The notes beneath the pieces are model-generated. The model was given only the letters and a program-made list of their open reading frames with translations, ran no database searches and was not told the origin of the DNA. Source: an uncultured Gemmatimonadales bacterium (lineage in GTDB: Bacteria > Gemmatimonadota > Gemmatimonadetes > Gemmatimonadales > GWC2-71-9). From it: 64,000 nucleotides of DNA. The stretch spans positions 320,001 to 384,000 of the forward strand of contig CAWGSK010000012.1 in assembly GCA_963825055.1 (NCBI GenBank), written 5' to 3'. This document shows positions 1 through 10,305 of this stretch, in pieces (the first letter of the stretch is position 1; each line of letters opens with the position of its first letter). A program made the position numbers and the translations under genes.

Positions 1-1146
1 CTTGACCCGGTCGCCGACCCGGAAGGGCCGCATGTACGTGAGGACCACCCCCGCGACGACGTTCGCGATGGCCGAGGAAGAGCCGAGGGAGAACAGCACA
101 CCCACGAACACCGACACTCCCCTGAAGGCATCGCTGCCCGATCCGGGCAGGTAGGGGAAGACGATCACGACCCCGAACATGATGATCAGGAACCGCACGA
201 TCTTGTACGTTGGCTCGGCCCAGTCCGGCGGAAAGTTGGGGAGCGCGAGGGTCCCGCCCGCGATGCCCTGGAAGACCAGGTGCACGAACTTGAGCACGTA
301 CCGGATGACGAGCACGATCACGGCGATGAAGAACACGTTCGGCAGGTAGCTGAGGAACGAGGTTCCCACCTGCTTCAGCGGGTCGGTGACCCAGCCGAAG
401 ATGTTGGACGCCACACCGCGGGTCCAGGGGAAGAAGCTCAGCACCAGCGGGAGGTAGAAGTAGAGCAGGATCACGATGGCCGCGATCCGGAACACGCGGG
501 CGGCACCCTTCAGCAGGTCGGTCATCCGGGTGGCGCTCAAGACCTCGAGTCGCTGCAGGCGGAGCGCCGGAATGCGGGTCGAGCGCCATGACTCGAGCTT
601 GAGCGAGACCAGGCGGTAGGACCGGTTAAGGCCCTTCAGCGCCAGGACCAGCACCGCCGTCGCCAGGAGCGTGAAGAGGGCGCCCAGGAGGATGGCCTTG
701 ACGATGGTCCAGAAGCTCCCGCCCGCGAGGGCAGCCGAGATCCGGAGGGCCCGCTCCTGTGCGAGGACTGCGCGCGTCTTGCCCTCTGCGACCGCATCAG
801 CGGCGGTCACCGTCGTGATGATCAGGTCGCCCAGCATGACGTCGGTTGTGCCCTCGCCCTCCAGGACCGTCAGGGAATCCCGGCGAAGCAGCGGTTCGTG
901 CAGGATCTGGTCCAGCCTGGCACGCACGGCCTCGGCGCGCCGCGCTGCCGTGAACGGGCCCAGTCGGGTGCGGATTTCGAAGAGGGTATCACCCCGCAGG
1001 ACCACTGGCGCGCCAGGGCCCGCCTGGGGGGTCGTGTCGGGTGGGGTGCGGGAGCCGCTGTCCGCCTGCGCGCGGGCACGAGGGGACAGGATCGCCATGG
1101 CGAGGAGAACCAGGACGGTCAGGCGCCCGAGGGGAAGCCGGATCAT
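1..1146 (-). CDS. MscS-family mechanosensitive ion channel (3' end runs off the window)
   Basis: Manual translation from ATG at 1146 gives a signal-like N-terminus, TM helices and ...GVSVFVGVLFSLGSSSAIANVVAGVVLTYMRPFRVGDRVK, typical of the MscS TM3/beta region. Not in the ORF track because no stop lies in the window. Confidence 0.9.
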   Translation of the reverse strand, partial: MIRLPLGRLTVLVLLAMAILSPRARAQADSGSRTPPDTTPQAGPGAPVVLRGDTLFEIRTRLGPFTAARRAEAVRARLDQILHEPLLRRDSLTVLEGEGTTDVMLGDLIITTVTAADAVAEGKTRAVLAQERALRISAALAGGSFWTIVKAILLGALFTLLATAVLVLALKGLNRSYRLVSLKLESWRSTRIPALRLQRLEVLSATRMTDLLKGAARVFRIAAIVILLYFYLPLVLSFFPWTRGVASNIFGWVTDPLKQVGTSFLSYLPNVFFIAVIVLVIRYVLKFVHLVFQGIAGGTLALPNFPPDWAEPTYKIVRFLIIMFGVVIVFPYLPGSGSDAFRGVSVFVGVLFSLGSSSAIANVVAGVVLTYMRPFRVGDRVK

Positions 1147-1235
1147 GACACCTTGCCTGTTGGGAGCAGCGCTGGACGGAATCTGACCAAAGAAGGTGTG
1201 ACGGCCCGGGAGGCACAAGGGGCGGTGAACCCCGA

Positions 1236-1322
1236 CGGCGTGGGTGAGATTCGAACTCACGGAACCCTCGCGGGTTCGGCGGTTTTCAAGACCGCTGCAT
1301 TAAACCACTCTGCCACCACGCC
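1236..1322 (-). tRNA. tRNA-Ser (anticodon TGA)
   Basis: Reverse complement GGCGTGG..GCAGAGTGGTTTAATGC..GCGGT-CTTGAAA-ACCGC, long variable arm, GTGAG-TTCGAAT-CTCAC, CCACGCC-G. CCA is not encoded. Confidence 0.95.
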
Positions 1323-1442
1323 CGGGGGTCCAACCTAGGGGACTCCGGGGAGGCGGGCAAGCCGGTCCGGCGGGTGCCTTCCCCTGCGGTCGGGATGGGC
1401 CTGCTCCACGGCGAAGGACGCGACGAGGCACGCTCTCCGCTG

Positions 1443-1688
1443 TTATCCGGCAGAGGTTTTCTGGGCGGTCTCAGGCCACTCGACGGCGTGACGGAATTCG
1501 AAATGCTCACCCTTGACCGTCAGGGGACCCCGGGCGGTCGTGATGCGCGTGAGCCGGTCCCCCCTGAGGTTCAGCATGCGTTGAGTGACGCCCGGGAAGA
1601 GCGGCGCGACGTCATACCATTTGCTGGGGTCGAGCATGGGGTACATTGATGCATCCATAGGCTTGAGCTTGGCCTGCGAACGTCCCAT
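1443..1688 (-). CDS. hypothetical protein (81 aa)
   Basis: C-terminal part of ORF 1443..1991 (MGRSQAKLKPMDASMYP...) has protein-like composition, an AG-rich RBS-like stretch upstream, and is divergent from usp. Confidence 0.6.
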   Translation of the reverse strand: MGRSQAKLKPMDASMYPMLDPSKWYDVAPLFPGVTQRMLNLRGDRLTRITTARGPLTVKGEHFEFRHAVEWPETAQKTSAG

Positions 1689-1780
1689 GGGCGGTTCTCC
1701 GGTCAGGGCTCGGTATGGCGGGGGAGACTCAATGTAGCAAATACGGGCCTGCAGGCACATGCTCAAAAATCGGAGACTGA

Positions 1781-2635
1781 ATGAATTTGAGACACATTGT
1801 GGCCGGGGTGGACCTGAGCCCCGAGGGGACATGGGCCGGGGCCGTAGGCTGGCGACTTGCCGCCAGGGCAGGGATACCGTGCACAATGTTGCACGCTGTG
1901 CGGGAGGTCGAGCTCCCAGCCGGGATGGGCCCCGCGGGGGTGGATCTGGACGCTCAGGCGCGCCGGATCTCCCAGCAGATGGCCGTGGCACTCAGGGAGG
2001 CCATGGCCGGGAACGCCCCGGCAGAGTCCCGGGAGATGGTGGAGGTCCGGTTCGGGCGTCCGGCCAGGGTCGTGGTCGATGCCGCGCAGAAGCTCGGGGC
2101 CGGCCTGATCGTCCTGGGCGGCAAGAAGCACGACCGGGTGGACCGCTGGCTCGCGGGAAGTACCGTGCACGCGGCGATGCGAATCTCTCCTGTTCCGGTC
2201 CTGGCGGTGACCGGGTCGATCGCCGAGGTGGGGCGGATTCTGGTTGGCGTGGATCTTTCGGAATCGACTGCCGCGGTGGTGGAGGGGGCGCGGGCCCTGG
2301 CGCATCTCCTGAATGCGGACCTGCGGCTGGTTCATGCGATCGATCTTCCCCAGCTCACCAACCTCGAGGTGGAGCTCAACCTGGAGTCGGTGGCGGCCGC
2401 CGCCGAAGCCCGCATGGTGGAGGAAGCAGGGGAGGGGGCCGATGGTGTCGTGCGGCGCGGCCGGCCCCTCGACATCATTCGCGAGGAGGTACGCGAGTGG
2501 CGGCCGGACATCCTGGTGGTGGGAACCCACGGCCACGGAGCCGTCGACCGCTATTTCCTGGGGAGCGTGGCGGAGCAGCTCCTCCAGGAGCTGCCCGTCT
2601 CGCTGCTCGCCGTGCCGGTGGGAGGACCCCCCTAG
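1781..2635 (+). CDS. universal stress protein (tandem Usp domains)
   Basis: Two repeats of IVAGVDLS/ILVGVDLS, LIVLG/ILVVGTHG and LAGSTV/FLGSVAEQLL motifs. Confidence 0.92.
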   Translation: MNLRHIVAGVDLSPEGTWAGAVGWRLAARAGIPCTMLHAVREVELPAGMGPAGVDLDAQARRISQQMAVALREAMAGNAPAESREMVEVRFGRPARVVVDAAQKLGAGLIVLGGKKHDRVDRWLAGSTVHAAMRISPVPVLAVTGSIAEVGRILVGVDLSESTAAVVEGARALAHLLNADLRLVHAIDLPQLTNLEVELNLESVAAAAEARMVEEAGEGADGVVRRGRPLDIIREEVREWRPDILVVGTHGHGAVDRYFLGSVAEQLLQELPVSLLAVPVGGPP

Positions 2636-4818
2636 CGCCGCGACCGGCGGACGTTCTGCATGACCGCGCGGGCGACCGAGTCCGCCCGAATAGCCTGCGT
2701 CGTGTCGCCCTGTTCGAGGAGCGTGGAGCCCATCAGGCCGTACACCACCGAGTAGAGGGACAGGATCGGCGAACTTGGCGGGTCATACCACCCCTCCGGG
2801 CGATTGGCTGCCGCCGTCTTCCAGTGGTAGGCGTTCCACATCAGTTCCTCGGTCCGCGGCAGGTTGACGTAGCCAAAGCCTGCCGAGAGGACGATCGAGT
2901 CGTTCGGCGCCACCGGCGTCGGGTTGAGCCGCCGGACGAGTCCTTCCGTCACGAGGTAGGGCGAGAGCCCGAGAGTCCGGTCGGGATAATCCCCGGCGCT
3001 CAGGCTGAAGTAGATCGGGCGCCGGCCGAGGTTCTGCTTGATGAGCAGGGCTACGGCGACGTCCGCTTTTTCGAGCTGCTGGTAGCCGAAGCGGAGCGTC
3101 AGGTCCCCGAACCGGATGGTGCCGCCCTGCGGCGTCAGGCTCAGGTCGGGAATGGAGTCGAGTGCCGCCTCGGTCACGTCGAAGACCGGGAAATCGGGCC
3201 TCTCTGGCGTGCCCGGAGTGGAGTCGACCGCCGCAGTGTCGGTCAGGACATCGACCGGCTCGGCGGGCGTCGGCTTCCAGAGTTCGATGCTTCGCGACGG
3301 GTCGAAGCGCTCCACCTTGCGGCGTCGCAGTTGCCGCAGGTGCCAGTCCGTGTTGGCGAGCGAGAGATTGACAAGGGTCACGTCCCGCCGGACACCCTCG
3401 ACCTCCTGCGCGTACCACAGGGGGAATGTATCGTTGTCTCCGGCGGTGACGAGGATGCCATACGGCTCCACGGACTGGAGCAGGTCGACCGCCAGGTCGC
3501 GCGCCATGTGCTCGCCCGCCCGGCTGGCCGTACTGCGGTTGAACAGCACCGGGATCAGCGCCAGGGCCAGGACGGGTGAGGCCATGAGCCAGCGCTGTCG
3601 GGGGTTGCCCCGGTCCCGCAGGAAGGTGACGATCCATCCCATCAGGGACGCAAAGCCCGCCGCCACGAACACGCCCCACATCCCGAACGACACGATGAAG
3701 AAATAGTCCCGCTCGCGCACCTCGCGGATGAGGTCGGTCCGTTCCGGGTGGATGGAGTACCCGTACTTGAAGTTCAGGTAGAAGACGAGGGCCACCGTGA
3801 ACGTGCCGAGGAGCGCAGCGGCGCCCCAGAAGGACTTGCGGTCGGCGGCCCAGAGCCCGAGCAGCCCGCCCACGCCCAGCATCCCGAACAGCACCGCCGC
3901 CAGCCGCCCGAACCAGCTGCAGCCGGGCGTGAAGCCACGGGTGCAGTCGCCGGCAAACTGCCAGGAGAAGTACTGGAGGTAGTTCTGGTACTGGGACAGG
4001 ATGCTGGCCTGCCGGTCGAAGATGGACGGCTTGCCGTACTGCTTGCGGTTGAGCACGTCGCTCAGCGCATGCAGGGACGTGGGCTCGCCCTCGTTGATGC
4101 CGGGGAAATGTGGGGCCCGGACCAGCAGGAAGCCGTTCAGGGAGAAGCCGACAATGACCACCGCGACCATCGCCGCCAGCATGCCCGGTCGGAGGAAGAC
4201 CCGCCAGTCGTTCATCAGGACGTACAGCACCACCATCGGGGCCACGAGGACGCCCATCATGTGGTTGGTGCTGGAGAGGGCCGTGACGTACACGACCAGG
4301 ATCAGCAGGCGGTCCCGCTTCGGCCCCGGGGCCAGGTCCGCCCAGTGCACGGTGAGCCAGGCCGTGAGCGCGATCGTGAGAAGCGAGACCGTGTAGACCT
4401 TCTCGTTCACCGTGGACTGGTTCCAGACGGTCCACGCCGTAGCGCCGACGATGGCCCCCGCCACCGCGGTGGCGATGCGGACGCCCCGGGCCGGCACCAT
4501 GGCGCGGAGCCACCGCTCCGCCACCAGGAACCAGAACGCGGCGGAGGCGGCGCTGGTGACGGCCGCAAAGAGGTTGATCCGCTCCGCGTATGATGCCGCG
4601 AGCGGCAATGCGCCCCAGGTATGGGCCAGGAGGGTAAAGAGCGGATTACCCGGAGGATGCGGAATGCCCAGGGTGTACGCCGCCGCGATGTACTCGGAGG
4701 TGTCCCAGAACGCGGTGGTCGGTGCCAGCGTGGCCATGTAGATGGCCAGGACGGCGGCGCCGACCGCCACGGCCCACCAGTAGGGGGGGCGCTGCTGCTC
4801 GATGGTCAGGTCCGTCAT
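2632..4818 (-). CDS. DUF2723 / TMEM260-like GT-C membrane glycosyltransferase
   Basis: TLAPTTAFWDTSEYIAAAYTLGIPHPPGNPLF N-terminal signature, multiple TM helices, VRERDYFF and GDNDTFPLWYAQEVEGVRRDV motifs. Confidence 0.88.
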   Translation of the reverse strand: MTDLTIEQQRPPYWWAVAVGAAVLAIYMATLAPTTAFWDTSEYIAAAYTLGIPHPPGNPLFTLLAHTWGALPLAASYAERINLFAAVTSAASAAFWFLVAERWLRAMVPARGVRIATAVAGAIVGATAWTVWNQSTVNEKVYTVSLLTIALTAWLTVHWADLAPGPKRDRLLILVVYVTALSSTNHMMGVLVAPMVVLYVLMNDWRVFLRPGMLAAMVAVVIVGFSLNGFLLVRAPHFPGINEGEPTSLHALSDVLNRKQYGKPSIFDRQASILSQYQNYLQYFSWQFAGDCTRGFTPGCSWFGRLAAVLFGMLGVGGLLGLWAADRKSFWGAAALLGTFTVALVFYLNFKYGYSIHPERTDLIREVRERDYFFIVSFGMWGVFVAAGFASLMGWIVTFLRDRGNPRQRWLMASPVLALALIPVLFNRSTASRAGEHMARDLAVDLLQSVEPYGILVTAGDNDTFPLWYAQEVEGVRRDVTLVNLSLANTDWHLRQLRRRKVERFDPSRSIELWKPTPAEPVDVLTDTAAVDSTPGTPERPDFPVFDVTEAALDSIPDLSLTPQGGTIRFGDLTLRFGYQQLEKADVAVALLIKQNLGRRPIYFSLSAGDYPDRTLGLSPYLVTEGLVRRLNPTPVAPNDSIVLSAGFGYVNLPRTEELMWNAYHWKTAAANRPEGWYDPPSSPILSLYSVVYGLMGSTLLEQGDTTQAIRADSVARAVMQNVRRSRR

Positions 4819-4843
4819 GATCTCGTCGATGAAATGGTCGTGC

Positions 4844-6373
<1,530 letters not shown>

Positions 6374-6383
6374 GGCTCTCCCT

Positions 6384-6986
6384 TCATGAACGAGTCTCCT
6401 CCGGCGGTAATGGAACGGGCCGCCCCGCGCGGGCGGCGGCCAGTACGACGGCGGGCAGCAGGCGGTGCTCGGCCTCCAGCACGCGGGCGGCAAGGGTGGC
6501 GGGTGTGTCCCCGGCCAGGACAGGCACCGTCATGCGGGCCAGTACCGGGCCGCGATCGTACACCTCGTCCACCAGGTGAACGCTCGCGCCGCTCTCGTGC
6601 GCGCCGCTCGCGAGCACTGCCTCGTGCACCCGGCGACCGTACATGCCGGGGCCGCCGAAGTCGGGCAGGAGGGACGGGTGGATGTTCAGGATCCGGCCTT
6701 CCCGTGCGCGCACGACCTCCGGGGGGACGAGCTTGAGGTAACCCGCCAGCACGAGCAGGTCGACCCGGTGCCGCTCGAGGAGCGCCAGCCACTCACCGGG
6801 ACTGACGGGGTCGGCGAGGACCACCGCCGGGACCCCTTGCTTTCGCGCCCGCTCCAGGCCGCCCGCTTCCTTCCGGTTGCTGAGGACCAGTACGACGATG
6901 GCCGGCGCTCCCGCCCCCAGCGCGTCCAGCAGCGCCTGGAGATTGGAGCCGCCGCCCGACACCGCAACCGCCACCCGCATGGTCAT
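6384..6986 (-). CDS. purN: phosphoribosylglycinamide formyltransferase
   Basis: SGGGSNLQA, LAGYLK, LNIHPSLLP, GASVHLVDEVYDRG. Confidence 0.96.
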   Translation of the reverse strand: MTMRVAVAVSGGGSNLQALLDALGAGAPAIVVLVLSNRKEAGGLERARKQGVPAVVLADPVSPGEWLALLERHRVDLLVLAGYLKLVPPEVVRAREGRILNIHPSLLPDFGGPGMYGRRVHEAVLASGAHESGASVHLVDEVYDRGPVLARMTVPVLAGDTPATLAARVLEAEHRLLPAVVLAAARAGRPVPLPPEETRS

Positions 6987-7028
6987 CGCGCGGGGGAAAC
7001 TATCACCGCGAGGCGGGCCGGGTAAGGT

Positions 7029-7595
7029 TCACCGGTCATCGAGTCGTCGTGCCGCAAGGATGCGCCGGGCCGCCGTGGCGAGGTCGGGGGCGGTGGCGAC
7101 CGGATCAAGGGATCCCGGGTGGTCGTCGTCCGCGGGGCTGCCGGGTTGCTGGATCAGGACGCCGCGGCCGCCGAGCGTGCGCGCAGGCAGCACGTCCCGG
7201 CGCCGGTCGCCCACCCACCAGCTCCGCGCCAGGTCAAGCCCGAATTGCTCCGCCGCCACGCGAAAGAGCGCAGTCCCGGGCTTGCGGCAGTCGCAGGGGC
7301 CGGTCAGCTCGGGATGGTGGGGGCAGTGGTACTGCGCATCGAGGCCCGCGCCCTCCGCGGCGAGCAGGTCCTCCAGCCGCCGGCTGGTGGCCGCGTACTG
7401 CTCCTCGGTCAGGAACCCCCGCGCAATGCCGGACTGGTTGGTCACCACGATCACCCGCGCACCCGCCTGTCCAAGCGCGGCCACGGCCTCCGCGGCGCCC
7501 GGCAGCAGGCGGACCTGCGCGGGGTCGGAGATGTATCCCGGGTCCTCGATGAGGGTTCCGTCACGGTCAAGGAACACCGCCCACGGCGCGCTCAC
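7029..7595 (-). CDS. gmhB: HAD-IIIA phosphatase, D,D-heptose 1,7-bisphosphate phosphatase-like
   Basis: FLDRDGT, VTNQSGIARG, CPHHP..CDCRKPG, VGD. GTG start overlaps the selA stop (GTGA). Confidence 0.85.
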   Translation of the reverse strand: MSAPWAVFLDRDGTLIEDPGYISDPAQVRLLPGAAEAVAALGQAGARVIVVTNQSGIARGFLTEEQYAATSRRLEDLLAAEGAGLDAQYHCPHHPELTGPCDCRKPGTALFRVAAEQFGLDLARSWWVGDRRRDVLPARTLGGRGVLIQQPGSPADDDHPGSLDPVATAPDLATAARRILAARRLDDR

Positions 7596-8971
7596 GCGGG
7601 TTCCTCCCGCCACTCCGCATGGACCGCCCGCAGGCGCTCGGCGATGACCGCGGTCCCGTGTTCCGGCAGGGTGCGCGGATCGAGCAGGACCCGGTCGTCC
7701 CTGACGCGCGTGACGACCGGGGGCACGCCCATGCGCAAGCGGAGGGCCAGCCCCTGCGCGCCGAGCGGGCCTCCATCCAGGGTGACGAGCGTCGTGGGGA
7801 GGGTGGCGCCGGGGAATGCTCCACCACCGGCGGCGGATGAGCCCTCTTCCAGAACAGGGCTCCAGACGGGGTCGATGGCCGCGGCCAGTTCACGGGCCCG
7901 CTCCGCGAGGATGTCCGGTGTGACGGTGAGCATCCGGAGCACTGGCACGGCAGCAAGCGCATCCTCAGGGTCCCGGTAGAGCGCGAGCGTGGCCTCGAGC
8001 GCGGCCAGCGTGAGCTTGTCCGCACGGAGCGCACGGGCGAGGGGGCTGGTCCTGCAGGCTTTCACCGCGTCGGCCCGACCGACCAGCAGGCCGGCCTGCG
8101 GGCCGCCGAGCAGCTTGTCGCCACTGAACACGACGAGATCTGCACCCGCCCCCACGAGGTCTCCCACCCGCGGTTCCCCGGACAGCCCGTAGGCGTCGAG
8201 GTTGGCCAGGAGGCCGCTGCCCGCGTCCATGATCCAGGGAATCGTGTGCGCGCGCGCGAGGGCGGCCAGTTCGGCTGCGTCTGGTGTTGTTACGTACCCG
8301 CGCTGCTCGAAGTTCGACCGGTGTACCGTGAGGATCGCGGCGATTCCCGCACTGAGCGCGCGGCGATAGTCCTCGAGGTGCGTGCGGTTGGTCGTACCGA
8401 CCTCGTGGAGCAGGGCGCCGCTGCGCTCCAGCACCTCGGGTATCCGGAACGCGCCGCCGATCTCCAGGAGTTCCCCGCGGGAGATCGCCACGGGTCGTCC
8501 CGCGGCATGCGCGTGGAGTGCCAGGAGCAGCGCGCCCGCGGCATTGTTGACCACGAGCGCATCCTCCGCGCCTGTCAGGTCGGCGAGGAGCGCGCGACAG
8601 TGGTCACCCCGGCCGCCGCGTGCCCCCGTCGACAGGTCGAACTCAAGCGCACTGTACCCGCCGGCGACCTCGACCATGGCCCGCAGCGCCGGGCCCGCCA
8701 GGGGGGCCCGGCCCAGGTTGGTGTGCAGGATGATCCCGGTGGCATTGATCACCGGCGCGAGCGAGGGGGCTTCCCGCTCAGCCAGCCGCTCACGGATCTC
8801 CTCCTCCCATTCCTCCGGCACCGCGCCCCGACCCCGTCGGACGGCGTCGAGCGTCTCGCGAATCACGGTGACGACCAGGCTCCGCGGGTGGGCGCGGGAG
8901 AGCGCCTCGACTCCGGGCAGCGCAAGCAGGCGGTCGACGGACGGAAGGTCGCGGCGGCGGTCGGGCATCAC
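7592..8971 (-). CDS. selA: L-seryl-tRNA(Sec) selenium transferase
   Basis: LPSVDRLL N-terminus, INATGIILHTNLGRAP, VNNAAGA, SRGELLEIGGAFRIP, EVGTTNRT, FSGDKLLGGPQAG. Confidence 0.95.
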   Translation of the reverse strand: MMPDRRRDLPSVDRLLALPGVEALSRAHPRSLVVTVIRETLDAVRRGRGAVPEEWEEEIRERLAEREAPSLAPVINATGIILHTNLGRAPLAGPALRAMVEVAGGYSALEFDLSTGARGGRGDHCRALLADLTGAEDALVVNNAAGALLLALHAHAAGRPVAISRGELLEIGGAFRIPEVLERSGALLHEVGTTNRTHLEDYRRALSAGIAAILTVHRSNFEQRGYVTTPDAAELAALARAHTIPWIMDAGSGLLANLDAYGLSGEPRVGDLVGAGADLVVFSGDKLLGGPQAGLLVGRADAVKACRTSPLARALRADKLTLAALEATLALYRDPEDALAAVPVLRMLTVTPDILAERARELAAAIDPVWSPVLEEGSSAAGGGAFPGATLPTTLVTLDGGPLGAQGLALRLRMGVPPVVTRVRDDRVLLDPRTLPEHGTAVIAERLRAVHAEWREEPA

Positions 8972-10305
8972 CGGCGCGGCGCCGAACCCGAATCCGGGGG
9001 GGCGGCGGGTGACAGGGAATCGGCCGGGGAGCGGGTCGTGTCGACCGGAGCCCGTTCCGGCACCTGAAGCCCCACGGACGCATCGGGCGCGGCAGCGGCG
9101 CCATTCGCGTTCCGGATGCGGGGTAGCTCAATCCGGTAGCTGGATCCGGGAGTCAGCGGCTCGGCGACCTGGACGACCACCTGGTTCGTGAGCGCCGGAC
9201 GCGAGGCCAGCAACGCCTGCAGCGCGCTGTCAGGCGTGGCCGCGGGACGGGTGTTGGGCGTCGGGCGTGCCGGTGCCCGCGGCGTCGGCGGTTGGCGCGC
9301 GTTCCGTGCGGCCCGGACGGAATCCAGGGTCGACCGGACCTGTGCCGGCGCGGGCAGGGAGTCCCGGCCGGCGAGCGAATCCGGCGGCACGAGCCGGGCG
9401 GCGGCCCTGATGCTGTCGTACACGCTCTTCAACTGTACCGCCGTCACCTCGATGGCGGTGGAGTCATCCGTCCGCACCACGCGCGCGCCCGCGGGCGTGA
9501 GTGCCTGCGCCGGATCGAGCGGCGCCGAGAGCGCGACCACAATGGTGATGCTGTCCTGGAGGGTCGCCTGCGAGAGCCGGGGTCCGATGGTGTCGTGGGG
9601 GAATGTCCAGAGTGCGATGGTCCTGGAGGTGTCCACGTCGGTTACGACGGAGTCGAAGGCCTCGCGCCCGTCCTGCCGGCGGTTGTTGTTCTGGTCCAGC
9701 AGGCCCCGGACGACATAGCGGCCGGTGGGGATCGGGGCCAGGATGAACCGGCCGCTCGAGTCCGTGAGCGCGAGGTAGGGAAGGCTGTCCGGGAGCAGCA
9801 TCGCCTCGACCAGCGCCTGCCGCGCGGGGCGGCCTGCGGTCCAGTCGACCACGGTGCCGCGGAGGGCGCCCGAGGGGAGGGGACCGCCCGTGGTAAAAGT
9901 CATCACGGTACCGCTGTCGAGCCGGTTGCGCCGGAGGTCCATCACGCCCGGAAGTAGTTCGACCCGGTAGGTTCGGCCCGGTTGCCAGCCCTCCCGCGGC
10001 TTCACGGTGATGCGGTCGCGCTTCCACCTGACCTCGGGCACCCGCGTGGTCGGGCTGAGGATGACCAGCCGCTCGAGGTCGCTCGTGCCGAGCCCGAGGC
10101 TCGGCGTGCTGCCCTCGCTGATCACCTCGCTGAACCGGAATGCCGCGGCATCGTTGAACCCGGGGTAGGACCCCGCGGAGTCCGGGGTGGTGCCAATGAG
10201 GGCGGGTGGGGCGACATCGGGAGGGCCGCCGGGCGGGGGCTCAATGCGGGCGCAGCCGGTCAGGAGGGCGGCCGGCAGCAGGATGCCGGCCAGGCGGCGG
10301 CTCAC
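8968..10305 (-). CDS. Ig-like domain lipoprotein (Big_5-like N-terminus), D-S/T rich
   Basis: GTG overlaps the valS stop. Lipobox LLTGC followed by ARIEPPPGGPPD.APP, FRFSE and TYRV..PGVMDLRRN. Confidence 0.8.
   Translation of the reverse strand: MSRRLAGILLPAALLTGCARIEPPPGGPPDVAPPALIGTTPDSAGSYPGFNDAAAFRFSEVISEGSTPSLGLGTSDLERLVILSPTTRVPEVRWKRDRITVKPREGWQPGRTYRVELLPGVMDLRRNRLDSGTVMTFTTGGPLPSGALRGTVVDWTAGRPARQALVEAMLLPDSLPYLALTDSSGRFILAPIPTGRYVVRGLLDQNNNRRQDGREAFDSVVTDVDTSRTIALWTFPHDTIGPRLSQATLQDSITIVVALSAPLDPAQALTPAGARVVRTDDSTAIEVTAVQLKSVYDSIRAAARLVPPDSLAGRDSLPAPAQVRSTLDSVRAARNARQPPTPRAPARPTPNTRPAATPDSALQALLASRPALTNQVVVQVAEPLTPGSSYRIELPRIRNANGAAAAPDASVGLQVPERAPVDTTRSPADSLSPAAPPDSGSAPRR

Noticed and set aside
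1236..1322. tRNA-Sec (selC), given the nearby selA and the long variable arm
   Set aside because: The anticodon is 5'-TGA-3' (reads UCA, Ser), not TCA, and the acceptor stem is a normal 7 bp.
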